Source: Minisyncoccota bacterium (GTDB taxonomy: Bacteria; Patescibacteriota; Minisyncoccia; Phycocordibacterales; UBA5272). Taken from it: DNA of 53,178 nucleotides. This document shows, in pieces, positions 1 to 8,303 of the stretch; position 1 is the stretch's first letter; each line of letters begins with the position of its first letter. The notes under the pieces were generated by a model. The model was not told the origin of the DNA. It saw nothing but the letters and a program-made list of their open reading frames with translations, and made no database searches. The stretch spans positions 23,039 to 76,216 of the forward strand of contig JAGOQU010000004.1 in the NCBI GenBank assembly GCA_018063165.1, written 5' to 3'. Position numbers and translations under genes: made by a program.

Positions 1-228
1 AATTGCGCAGCAGGTAGAGGTGTAGTAGCTCCAACTGAAGACTCAAATGGATGGTATTGGTGGTGTGGAGGAACTAATGTTAATGGATACTGGGGAACTG
101 ATGCTTGGTGTAGCGAAGCAAAACCAACACCTCCTTCTGTCAACATACAATTCAGTTTTATTAATAAAATAATAGAATTTTTCCAAAATAATCTTGTAGA
201 AAAGGTTCTTGCTGTGACGCTCAAATAA
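1..228 (+). CDS. hypothetical protein, C-terminal fragment (ORF enters from left window edge)
   Basis: Frame 1 is open for 75 codons from base 1 to TAA at 226-228, in AT-rich DNA. The tail is W/G/C-rich (GWYWWCGGTNVNGYWGTDAWC). It is absent from the ORF track because there is no Met in the window. Listed antisense ORF 43..231 looks like its shadow. Confidence 0.4.
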   Translation, partial: NCAAGRGVVAPTEDSNGWYWWCGGTNVNGYWGTDAWCSEAKPTPPSVNIQFSFINKIIEFFQNNLVEKVLAVTLK

Positions 229-311
229 CAAAGAAAGTTCTTACTTTTTTAAAAATATATAACTTTTAAAAAGACATCATATAGCTTTTAGGAATATGCT
301 ATACTTTTAGT

Positions 312-677
312 ATGTTTAACTTCTGGCCATATTTACTTCGTCTAGCTGTTGCATTCTATTTTATCTATCCTCATGCAGAGAGTCTTAGTCTTGGTGTAAA
401 AAAAGTAAATACAGCAGTTTTTGCCTGTCTTAATGAATACATCCCAAAAACAGTCGCGTTCACCCTGTGGCACGCATTCTTTGTTTTGCTTGGTATTCTT
501 ATTCTTATATGGCCTCGTCCAATACTCCCTCTTATAGTTGCACTTATTATTCTTTCAAGTCAACTCTATATTAATTTCGCTCTTCAAAACTATACAACAA
601 CAAATATGCTTCTTTTTATACTCGTACTTGTATCTCTCGCTCTAATTATTTATCATTCACGTCCTCAGTTTAGATAA
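312..677 (+). CDS. small integral membrane protein, hypothetical
   Basis: 121-aa ORF with 3-4 hydrophobic helices. No recognisable family. Confidence 0.5.
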   Translation: MFNFWPYLLRLAVAFYFIYPHAESLSLGVKKVNTAVFACLNEYIPKTVAFTLWHAFFVLLGILILIWPRPILPLIVALIILSSQLYINFALQNYTTTNMLLFILVLVSLALIIYHSRPQFR

Positions 678-767
678 ATATATAATCGTTAGGCTTTATC
701 TATCGTATTTAAGATATTCTTGTTTAATTGTAATATAAAACAAGTTAATTAATAAAGGAGATTTCTA

Positions 768-1048
768 ATGCAACAAAAAATACACCTTACTTTGATCATT
801 CACAAGAAATATGAGATATCGAACTTAGTCTGACAAATGTACGAAGATCTTTTGAAATACAATTACTTGAAATTGAAAAACGTGTACACACTATTTCTGC
901 ACGAGAACATACCTTAACAAATATTCAACGTTCTGCCGTACAAAAACTCGCAAGAATCATTGTGATATTGAATTCACATGGCAAAGAAAAAATATGCTTC
1001 ATGAAGATGAATTTTTCAAAAACCAATCCACAGCGATGCTTGATTTAG
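768..1048 (+). pseudogene. possible decayed small ORF (strong RBS and ATG, frame break, then 77 stop-free codons)
   Basis: AAAGGAG lies 7 nt upstream of ATG 768, but that frame stops at 831-833. The -1 frame is open from 815 to TAG 1046-1048 without a start codon and encodes a heptad-like peptide. An A6 run lies at 775-780. Confidence 0.25.
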
Positions 1049-1187
1049 TTATATAAAACAATTACCACACATTTCTTTGTGTGATACTTTGTATAGAAAA
1101 GATGTACAAGCAACAGACTACAAACATTGACATATAGTGTCTTATATTGTAATATATGCTTTATACAGTTCTTACGGGGGTTACGTT

Positions 1188-1448
1188 ATGTCACTTACTA
1201 TATCTCAAAAAGAAAAAATTGTAACACTGCTTGAAGAAAGTGTTATATTTCAAACTCGATTGAAAGATACAATTATATATCTTGCCTCTCTTGAAGCACA
1301 GGAACCAAACAACAAAACCTTTCGAAATCTAACCCTTTCAATAAGGAAACAGTTCTACGAACTTAGTGCATATATGAAAACCCTTGAAGAGGCAGTCAAA
1401 AAACCTGATCTACATAGTACAAATACACGAAACATACATTACAATTAA
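1188..1448 (+). CDS. hypothetical protein (coiled-coil-like)
   Basis: ORF track 1137..1448. Internal ATG at 1188 (MSLTISQKEK...) is preceded by a GGGGG-containing RBS-like stretch. No family recognised. Confidence 0.45.
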   Translation: MSLTISQKEKIVTLLEESVIFQTRLKDTIIYLASLEAQEPNNKTFRNLTLSIRKQFYELSAYMKTLEEAVKKPDLHSTNTRNIHYN

Positions 1449-1635
1449 CAGCATGTAAAAAATAACATCTACTATGTACAACCAGATACCAGCACGTTAC
1501 CGTGCTGGTATTTTTCTATTCCAAAAACTACACTATTTCTTCTAAACATATTATACTTACTGGAACGTAACTAGAAAAATAGAAATCGTGGTAGATCTCA
1601 AAGTAACTTATCACACATGTTACTGTTACATGTAA

Positions 1636-3801
1636 ATGTCTATCTCTCTTACCAATCCAATACATTCACTTTCAAGACTTTCACCAGACCATGCTTCTGG
1701 TCTTCTTAGACTTACCATAGAAACAATAGAAGATCTCCTCTATCATTTTCCTACTCGCTATGCAGACATTCGAGAAGAAACACATGTAACACATATAGAA
1801 AAAGGTGCTCAGGTAACTATTTATGGTGTCATGGAAAAAGTTTCAGTAAAAAGAAGTTTTAAAGGGCATATCCCCATGACTGAAGCTCGTGTTACTGATG
1901 AGACAGGATCTATTAGATGTATATGGTTTAATCAAGCATATATTGGCAAAATGTACCCCGATGGCACAAAAGTAAAAATTGGTGGTCTTGTGCAAGAAGA
2001 TAGCCGTGGGCTTTTTCTTTCTAATCCACACATAGAAAAACTCACAACAGTACCAAACCATAATGACTCACTTTTTGCCGGCACTGTATCTCCTGAATTT
2101 TTAACACCTATATACAGTGAAACAAAAGGCATCACCTCTAATTATCTATACACTCTCATAAAAAAAGCTGTTGCAGGTGGTGTACTAGACGGCATACATG
2201 ACCCAATACCACCACATATTATTAAAAAATTACATTTACCAGAATTAAAAGAAGCTCTTCTGTATATACATTTTCCAAAAAGCGAAGCGCTCACTGTTGC
2301 CGCACGTAAACGATTTGCTTTTGAAGAAATTTTTTATCTTCAACTTAAACAATACCAAGAAAAAATTGAAGCTAAACACTCTCTTGCATACCCTGTCATA
2401 GTAGACAAAGAAGACACAAAATCTTTCATGAATTCTTTTCCTTTTACTCCAACAGAAGCACAAGTACACGCTATCAATGCTATTTTAGATGACATGACAC
2501 GAAAAGAACCTATGGGAAGAATGTTAGAGGGTGATGTAGGAAGTGGAAAAACATTTGTGGCAGCAACAGTTTCTCATGCTGTGTTACAAAATAAAATAGG
2601 CAAAACTGGTAAAACATTACAAATAGCCTATATGGCACCAACAGAAATTCTTGCCAAGCAACATTTTGAAAGTTTTGTGTCATATTTTAAAAACACAGGA
2701 GTTGAAATCGGTCTACTGACTGGATCTGGGTGTCTTAAATATCCAAGTAAAACTAATCAAGATGAGCCTATTTCTATATCACGAGCACAATTACTCACAT
2801 GGCTATCAGATGGAAGAGTGTCTATTGTAATAGGTACACATGCACTCATTCAAAAAACAGTTACTTTTGCACATCTTGCACTTATCATCATAGATGAACA
2901 ACATCGTTTTGGTGTTAAACAACGCAAAATGCTCGCAACAAAAAAAGGAGAAACAAGGAAAGAACTTCCTCATCTACTTAGTATGACAGCAACACCAATA
3001 CCTCGAACACTCGCACTCACTATTTTTGGAGATTTAGATCTTACTGTTATAGATGCGATGCCTCTTGAACGTAAGAAAATAATCACCGAAATAGTACCTA
3101 ATAAAAATCGTACCGAAACATACGAAAGAATAAGAAAGGAATTGCAGGCAGGTAGACAAGTATATGTTATTTGTCCACGTATCGACGAACAAGATGAAGA
3201 AGAAAAACAAAAAAGAATGTTGAAAAGTGTTAAAGAGGAAGCGGAGAGACTTTCTGAAATAATTTTTCCAGAATTTATTGTAGATATTCTTCATAGTAAA
3301 ATGAAAAAAGATGAGAAAGAAGAGGTGATGCAAGATTTTTTGGACAAAAAATCAGATATTTTGGTTGCCACGTCTGTTGTTGAAGTTGGTGTGAATGTTC
3401 CAAATGCTACAGTAATAGTCATAGAACACGCGGACAGATTCGGACTCGCTCAATTACATCAGCTTCGTGGACGAGTTGGAAGAAGAGAATATCAATCATA
3501 TTGTTATTTGTTTACAGAAAGCTACGGAGAAACGACGAGGAACCGTCTAAAAGCTCTTGTAACGGCAAAAAATGGCTTTGAGCTTGCAGAACAAGACATG
3601 ATGGCACGAGGAATCGGAATGCTCATGGATGGCAAACAATGGGGCATAAGTGACCTCGCGATGGAAGCCATCAAAAACCCTAAATTAGTAGAAGTGGCGC
3701 GCACAGAAGCAAGAGAATTACTCGACAATGATGGAACACTTGAGAATTATCCAGACTTAGCTTTGATTGTTACAAAGAGGCAAGATGTTCATATGGAATA
3801 G
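1636..3801 (+). CDS. recG: ATP-dependent DNA helicase RecG
   Basis: 721 aa with helicase motifs GDVGSGKT, DEQHRFGV, SMTATPIPRTL and QLHQLRGRVGRR. An OB/wedge-like N-terminus is typical of RecG. Confidence 0.95.
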   Translation: MSISLTNPIHSLSRLSPDHASGLLRLTIETIEDLLYHFPTRYADIREETHVTHIEKGAQVTIYGVMEKVSVKRSFKGHIPMTEARVTDETGSIRCIWFNQAYIGKMYPDGTKVKIGGLVQEDSRGLFLSNPHIEKLTTVPNHNDSLFAGTVSPEFLTPIYSETKGITSNYLYTLIKKAVAGGVLDGIHDPIPPHIIKKLHLPELKEALLYIHFPKSEALTVAARKRFAFEEIFYLQLKQYQEKIEAKHSLAYPVIVDKEDTKSFMNSFPFTPTEAQVHAINAILDDMTRKEPMGRMLEGDVGSGKTFVAATVSHAVLQNKIGKTGKTLQIAYMAPTEILAKQHFESFVSYFKNTGVEIGLLTGSGCLKYPSKTNQDEPISISRAQLLTWLSDGRVSIVIGTHALIQKTVTFAHLALIIIDEQHRFGVKQRKMLATKKGETRKELPHLLSMTATPIPRTLALTIFGDLDLTVIDAMPLERKKIITEIVPNKNRTETYERIRKELQAGRQVYVICPRIDEQDEEEKQKRMLKSVKEEAERLSEIIFPEFIVDILHSKMKKDEKEEVMQDFLDKKSDILVATSVVEVGVNVPNATVIVIEHADRFGLAQLHQLRGRVGRREYQSYCYLFTESYGETTRNRLKALVTAKNGFELAEQDMMARGIGMLMDGKQWGISDLAMEAIKNPKLVEVARTEARELLDNDGTLENYPDLALIVTKRQDVHME

Positions 3802-3823
3802 AGATATTTCCTGTAATAAAAGG

Positions 3824-3848
3824 TGGGCGAAACCGAAGGTTTCGCCCA
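3824..3848 (+). terminator. hairpin terminator after recG
   Basis: GGGCGAAACC-GAA-GGTTTCGCCC, a perfect 10-bp GC-rich stem 23 nt after the recG stop. Confidence 0.7.
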
Positions 3849-3947
3849 TCTTTCCTTAAAAAACGATACTCACACAATAAGCATCTTTTATTTCTAAAAA
3901 AGAGTATACTTACTCATAGTGCCTTTTTATATACATAGTTACTTTTT

Positions 3948-4379
3948 ATGGAACCAACTAACACAACAACAGAACAACCTATTACACAAGAAGTGAATAC
4001 TCCTGTGGTGGAAGCTGTACCAACAGCTCCAGAGAACGCTACCCCTACAGAAACCAAACCACAAACAGAAGACAATACAACACTACTAGGAGTACTGTCT
4101 TATCTAGGAATTCTTGTCCTTATTCCTTTCTTTATAAAAAAAGATAATGCTTTTGTACAATTCCATGTAAGACAAGGTTTTGTGCTTCTTGCGATTGAAA
4201 TAGTATTGTTTGTTATAAGTGCTGTCATAGGTATCTTATTACCGTTTTTATTACAACTTCTTCCGCTCATTCACCTACTAGTAGTAGTTCTTTCTATTTT
4301 TGGAATCATTAATGTTATCAAAAAAGAACAAAAAGAATTACCGATTGTGGGTTCATACGCTTCTTATATTAAAATATAA
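3948..4379 (+). CDS. DUF4870-like membrane protein
   Basis: T/P-rich N-terminus, then LLGVLSYLGILVLIPFFIKKDNAFVQFHVRQG plus further TM helices. This pattern is typical of the DUF4870 family, recalled from memory. Confidence 0.7.
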   Translation: MEPTNTTTEQPITQEVNTPVVEAVPTAPENATPTETKPQTEDNTTLLGVLSYLGILVLIPFFIKKDNAFVQFHVRQGFVLLAIEIVLFVISAVIGILLPFLLQLLPLIHLLVVVLSIFGIINVIKKEQKELPIVGSYASYIKI

Positions 4380-4386
4380 AGAATAG

Positions 4387-4431
4387 AAACAATAAAAACA
4401 CCTTACTCTAAGTAAGGTGTTTTTATTGTTT
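4387..4431. terminator. bidirectional terminator (21-bp perfect palindrome)
   Basis: AAACAATAAAAACACCTTACT-cta-AGTAAGGTGTTTTTATTGTTT lies between convergent genes 3948..4379 (+) and 4433..4783 (-). Confidence 0.75.
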
Positions 4432-4432
4432 C

Positions 4433-4783
4433 TTATTTCTTAAAATGAAGATACAGTAGAACTGCTACTACAGGAATGACCACGTAAGTAAACATCCAAG
4501 ATGGACCACGCACAGAAACAAATACTAAAAGTAACGGTAATACGATAATTAACAAAAAATCTAACAAAGATGTAGTGATGGGCAATTTATGTGTGTAGAT
4601 AGAAAAAACTTTATATCCTGCGATTAATAAAAACGGAATAAAAATTGTAAAAAACTCTGTAACATATCCTCGATATGCTGGTGCATTAGGACTGCCACCC
4701 ATAAGAGCGCTAAATGTTGATCCTATCATGACGACAACAAACCAAAAAAACGACGATAAAATAAATTGAAGTATCATATACAA
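4433..4783 (-). CDS. small integral membrane protein, hypothetical
   Basis: 116-aa ORF with four hydrophobic segments, convergent with the preceding gene onto a shared terminator. Confidence 0.55.
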   Translation of the reverse strand: MYMILQFILSSFFWFVVVMIGSTFSALMGGSPNAPAYRGYVTEFFTIFIPFLLIAGYKVFSIYTHKLPITTSLLDFLLIIVLPLLLVFVSVRGPSWMFTYVVIPVVAVLLYLHFKK

Positions 4784-4920
4784 ATAGTATACTACTTTTT
4801 TTATATGTCCAAAATATTTTGCAACCTTTTTACAGTATGTTTTGTTAATCGCCTATTTAAATCTTGACGAAAGCGAACGTCTCACGACGTGATTTACTAA
4901 TCAGTAGTTGGCTTTCTGTT

Positions 4921-4979
4921 CGCGCACTAATATATAAAACCCCGAAACTTAGTTTCTGGGTTTTATATATTAGTGCGCG
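4921..4979. repeat. 59-nt palindrome whose termini copy the tRNA-Ile acceptor 3' strand
   Basis: CGCGCACTAATATATAAAACCCCGAAACT-t-AGTTTCTGGGTTTTATATATTAGTGCGCG has 29-nt arms with one mismatch. The ends equal the CGCGCACTA of the tRNA-Ile 3' end. Confidence 0.8.
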
Positions 4980-4991
4980 AACCAAGATTCG
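4971..4991 (-). repeat. direct 21-nt duplicate of the tRNA-Ile 3' end (T-loop to discriminator plus CTA)
   Basis: TAGTGCGCGAACCAAGATTCG is identical to 5135-5155, the 3' end of the tRNA-Ile gene. It diverges inside the T-loop into GTCATG. Confidence 0.85.
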
Positions 4992-5043
4992 GTCATGCAG
5001 ACAATTTTTGATTACAAAAATAGAAGTCTGCCCGACCCGCATT

Positions 5044-5089
5044 CGAATCTTGGCGTAAGTGACGCAGGTCACTTACTGTCCACGCACTA
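5044..5089 (+). repeat. inverted copy of the tRNA-Ile 3' end interrupted by a 22-nt hairpin
   Basis: CGAATCTTGG-c-[GTAAGTGAC GCAG GTCACTTAC]-tgtc-CACGCACTA reads like the sense tRNA-Ile T-loop/T-stem and acceptor 3' strand. It lies on the strand opposite the gene. Confidence 0.8.
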
Positions 5090-5134
5090 AAAAAAAGAAA
5101 ACTCGAAGCAAATGCTTCGAGTTTTCTTTTTTTT
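5090..5134 (-). terminator. terminator hairpin directly 3' of tRNA-Ile
   Basis: AAAAGAAAACTCGAAGC-aaat-GCTTCGAGTTTTCTTTT, a 17-bp stem flanked by A and T runs. Confidence 0.7.
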
Positions 5135-5136
5135 AG

Positions 5137-5209
5137 TGCGCGAACCAAGATTCGAACTTGGGACCGCTCGAGTATCAGTCGAGTGCTCTACCAGCTGAGC
5201 TATTCGCGC
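5137..5209 (-). tRNA. tRNA-Ile (anticodon GAU)
   Basis: Hand-folded cloverleaf. Acceptor GCGCGAA/TTCGCGC, D arm GCTC..GAGC, anticodon arm CTCGA-CTGATAC-TCGAG, T arm CCAAG-TTCGAAT-CTTGG, discriminator A. No encoded CCA. Confidence 0.92.
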
Positions 5210-5253
5210 ATATTATATTGTATTACCTGCAGATTATCTTCACGTTCTTATAA

Positions 5254-5325
5254 TCTACCAGCTTTGTCAAAAGTTTACTAACTTTTGACACCTTTGCAGC
5301 CGAGCCATCTCGAGCTATTCGCGCA
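5254..5325 (-). pseudogene. partial duplicate of the tRNA-Ile 5' end (positions 1-23) split by a 48-nt hairpin-bearing insert
   Basis: Sense reads GCGCGAATAGCTC-[48 nt containing TGTCAAAAGTT-agta-AACTTTTGACA]-AGCTGGTAGA, against the intact gene GCGCGAATAGCTCAGCTGGTAGA. It lies 45 nt upstream of the real tRNA. Confidence 0.7.
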
Positions 5326-5478
5326 TACGATTTTTAAGTGTCCGTGGATGAGCCATGAATTTATTGATTCGAAATCGCATCAAAACTTTATTGCATACCA
5401 CTGACTGACTCCTTCACTTCTCACATATATCCATAAAGGATATTACAAAATACTACCATAAAAAATGATATAAGAAAA

Positions 5479-5501
5479 GCCGGCTTGCTACGCAAGCCGG
5501 C
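5479..5501 (-). terminator. hairpin terminator after small ORF 5518..5745
   Basis: GCCGGCTTGC-tac-GCAAGCCGGC, followed by a T-rich tract on the minus strand. Confidence 0.7.
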
Positions 5502-5517
5502 CACACAGATCGTAAAA

Positions 5518-5745
5518 TTATTTCCCTACATATCTGTGTTCAGTGGCAAGGTTGCCTTTTTGGGCTTCCTTACAACCGTTTTTTATTTCAGTGCCGTCAC
5601 CGTCAAGCACTCGAAGACATACACCATTTGGTGCAAGCTCCATTACCGGAACAGAAATAGCCTTGTCAAAAAGAAACATCACCATAACGATCACAGTGAT
5701 CGTTAACACACTGTTCCAAAAAAAGGAACTTACTAATATTTTCAC
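5518..5745 (-). CDS. small membrane-anchored/secreted protein, hypothetical
   Basis: GTG start preceded by AAGGAG at 5-nt spacing. N-terminal hydrophobic helix. A terminator lies 17 nt after the stop. Overlapping plus-strand ORFs 5485..5706 and 5543..5788 lack such signals. Confidence 0.55.
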   Translation of the reverse strand: MKILVSSFFWNSVLTITVIVMVMFLFDKAISVPVMELAPNGVCLRVLDGDGTEIKNGCKEAQKGNLATEHRYVGK

Positions 5746-5820
5746 AAAGACTCCTTATAAAAAAACAACAGATTTAATTATAACATAAATAACACTAAAA
5801 GTCAATACTTTTTAAAAACA

Positions 5821-5846
5821 AAAAAACACCTTTTCAGGTGTTTTTT
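5821..5846 (-). terminator. terminator after rpsG
   Basis: AAAAAACACCT-tttc-AGGTGTTTTTT, 29 nt downstream of the rpsG stop. Confidence 0.7.
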
Positions 5847-5874
5847 GCTTATAGAAACAGAATCTATACTCTAA

Positions 5875-6345
5875 TTACCACGCAAAGTGTGCGAAAGCCT
5901 TGTTAGACTCAGCCATTCTATGTGTATCTTCTTTCTTCTTTACAGCTGCGCCTTCATTATTTGCAGCAGCAATAAGTTCTTCAGCTAGCTTGAAACGCAT
6001 AGCTTTTCCTTTTTTACTATTTGCCGCATCAAGAATCCAGCGAAGTGCAAGCATAAAACGACGTTCTTCACGCACCTCACGAGGAACCTGATAGTTAGCT
6101 CCACCAATACGACGTGAACGAACTTCAGTCACAGGTCCAGCGTTACGAAGCGCAGCTTCAAATGTTTCCATTGGATCTTCCACCTTTAACTTTTCCTTGA
6201 TGATTTCGAATGAACTGTATACGATATCACGTGCAGTATTCTTCTTACCACCAACCATCACATAATTGATAAACTTGGACACTTTAAGAGAACTGTACTT
6301 AGCGTCAGGCCCTACGATATTTCGATTTTTAACTTTTCTACGCAT
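5875..6345 (-). CDS. rpsG: 30S ribosomal protein S7
   Basis: 156 aa. MRRKVKNRNIV...KFINYVMVGGKK..A..IVY...GGANYQVP.EV...R...ALRW is the canonical S7 sequence pattern. Confidence 0.97.
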   Translation of the reverse strand: MRRKVKNRNIVGPDAKYSSLKVSKFINYVMVGGKKNTARDIVYSSFEIIKEKLKVEDPMETFEAALRNAGPVTEVRSRRIGGANYQVPREVREERRFMLALRWILDAANSKKGKAMRFKLAEELIAAANNEGAAVKKKEDTHRMAESNKAFAHFAW

Positions 6346-6574
6346 GCGTTTTGGACAGCTAATAGCTGTTAACTTGTGGCTTATAGCTAATACGAATTTG
6401 TATTGCTAAAAACTACAAGGTAAAGGCTGTGTGCTGGATCTCTTGTGTTCTTCGTTCCCCGAAGCAAAGGGTACTCCACAAGATATTATTTCAGTAAGTG
6501 CTTCAATACTTGATAAACAAGTGCTATGTATACTACAATAAAATTAATAAAAAGGCAATCACTAGCTGAAAGAC
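6346..6574 (-). promoter_or_regulatory. 229-nt leader/promoter region of a stand-alone rpsG
   Basis: Noncoding. Nested hairpin at 6442-6482 (CTTGTG...[CTTCG-GGGAA-CGAAG]...CACAAG on the sense strand). Possible TTGCCT-17-TAGTAT promoter near its 5' end. The regulatory role is inferred only. Confidence 0.3.
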
Positions 6575-7486
6575 TTATTGACCTTTAGCTTCAAGAAGTA
6601 TAGCTTCAAGAGCTTTTAGATACTCATTGTAAGTACTTTCAAATACACGCCCAGATTCTCCGTTCGGTAAAGTAACAAAATAACGAGGTATTCGCCCATA
6701 CTTACCTTCAAAACCAGCAACTTCGCGTTTACCTAAATAAAAGCGATCTCTTTTTGCATCTCCTGAAAGATATTTAGTTTGAAACAAAGAACCGTCATCA
6801 AATTTTTCTTCAACATAAGGGGAACCTTTTGAATACTTCATGTCGCGGTGCTCTTGTAAAAAAGCACGGTATCTCTCTTCAGCTGTTGGAAATTGATTTA
6901 TTTCATCATTTTTACTCCAATGAGGTCTATATTTCTCATTATTACCATCTGATCGCCAGCAAACACTTATTCCATAAGAACCATTATGAATAAAACCAAC
7001 CTCATCTCCAGAAAATGTATGTTCTTTAATAAACAACTCCCAAGCCTTCAATGCTGCCTCCATATTCTCTTGATCTTCCAAACATATATCTTTTTTAAGG
7101 TTCTCGATCTCATCTGCCGTTAACGAACTTACATAACTACCATTAAAAAAAGGCTCAAGGTGATATTTATATCCTTCAGAAAATTCTCCTTCGTTATTCC
7201 AAAGATTATCAGTAATGTCTTTACGAAATCTTTCTTCCCATTGTCCATTATTCCAATAATCCTGTCCTATTTCATACATAATCTCTTCATATTCACGGTT
7301 TGGTCTATATCCTCCCCCTTCATGTTTAGAAATAGGCATGAAATACCCTCTAGCCTCTTGTGGCATATCCTCAATTCTTGTGTAGTTATCTGGATTAAAA
7401 GTTGTAATATCAAACTTTTCTTTTTCAATTTTTACTTGCTGTTCTTGATTTGAAACAGAACTTGGATTTTGATTAAATGGTGGCAT
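6575..7486 (-). CDS. hypothetical cytoplasmic protein (aromatic/acidic-rich), no recognised domain
   Basis: 303-aa uninterrupted ORF in AT-rich DNA. No TM segment or signal peptide. No motif I can assign. Confidence 0.65.
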   Translation of the reverse strand: MPPFNQNPSSVSNQEQQVKIEKEKFDITTFNPDNYTRIEDMPQEARGYFMPISKHEGGGYRPNREYEEIMYEIGQDYWNNGQWEERFRKDITDNLWNNEGEFSEGYKYHLEPFFNGSYVSSLTADEIENLKKDICLEDQENMEAALKAWELFIKEHTFSGDEVGFIHNGSYGISVCWRSDGNNEKYRPHWSKNDEINQFPTAEERYRAFLQEHRDMKYSKGSPYVEEKFDDGSLFQTKYLSGDAKRDRFYLGKREVAGFEGKYGRIPRYFVTLPNGESGRVFESTYNEYLKALEAILLEAKGQ

Positions 7487-7631
7487 AAATATAATTTTAA
7501 TTTTTACCTCTTAAGTATCTCTCTCTTTTTGATTTTGCAAGTTTTTGTAAGAGTAGATTGAAATATATGGTTTGTGGCAAAAAAGAATACGAGCGAGGAT
7601 GAGTACATCTGCTATTGTATTCTTTTCATTA

Positions 7632-7910
7632 TTACTCAAACAATTCGCTATGTGTTCCAATATCTACTCCAACCAATATACATTTTCTATTATCAAAATA
7701 ATAAATAAGTAAAATATCATTCTGAATATGACATTCCATACATCCCTCATGCTCACCAGAAAGCTTGTGTTCTTTGTACTGTCTTGGCAATTTTTCACCA
7801 GTAAGCAACTTACCAACGACTTCATCAAAAATAACTTTCTTAAACTTTTTATGCTTACTTATTTTTAAAAGTGATTTCTTACACTTATTTGAAAGAAGAA
7901 GTGAATACAT
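7632..7910 (-). CDS. yafQ: type II toxin, YafQ/RelE family mRNA interferase
   Basis: 92 aa. The pattern LP.QYKEHKLSGE..G..ECHI..D.LLIY.......L.....GTHSELF matches the conserved YafQ core (E. coli YafQ recalled from memory). Confidence 0.85.
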   Translation of the reverse strand: MYSLLLSNKCKKSLLKISKHKKFKKVIFDEVVGKLLTGEKLPRQYKEHKLSGEHEGCMECHIQNDILLIYYFDNRKCILVGVDIGTHSELFE

Positions 7911-7919
7911 ATATCACTC

Positions 7920-8192
7920 TTACCAATTTTTACTATCTTTCCACATTTCAGCTGTATTTTTATACACCTTAGCAGTTTTCATCTCTTCTTCAATCTCCTT
8001 TCGCCAATTGCGCAGTACTGGTGCAGAAATCCTTTCTACAGGAAATACTTCAACAGGGAGACTACCTTTATACACAACCTCTTCTAAGAATGCATTAAAT
8101 GCAGAAGACATAGAAAGACCTTCTTTTTTAAAGACTTTCATTGCCTCTTTCTTTATTTTGCTTGTTGTTCTAATTTGTATTGTTGTATCCAT
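7920..8192 (-). CDS. dinJ: type II antitoxin, DinJ/RelB family
   Basis: 90 aa. N-terminal ribbon-helix-helix-like IQIRTTSKIKKEAMKVFKKEGLSMSSAFNAFLEEVV..GSLP. Its stop lies 9 nt upstream of the toxin start. Confidence 0.8.
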   Translation of the reverse strand: MDTTIQIRTTSKIKKEAMKVFKKEGLSMSSAFNAFLEEVVYKGSLPVEVFPVERISAPVLRNWRKEIEEEMKTAKVYKNTAEMWKDSKNW

Positions 8193-8303
8193 ATATCACC
8201 ATTCTACTCTTGTCATTACATTTGTCAATACACTTGTAATTACAAGAACATCGGCAAAAAACCACACATCTGCGTGGTTTTTGTTATTTAACATTAATAG
8301 AAA

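Noticed and set aside
4857-5072. Two overlapping ORFs on opposite strands (4857..5072 minus, 4864..5058 plus) with near-mirror peptides (RALIYKT.KLSF.VLYISART).
   Set aside because: They are translation artefacts of the 59-nt palindrome and the tRNA-derived repeats. They have no RBS, and both cannot be real.
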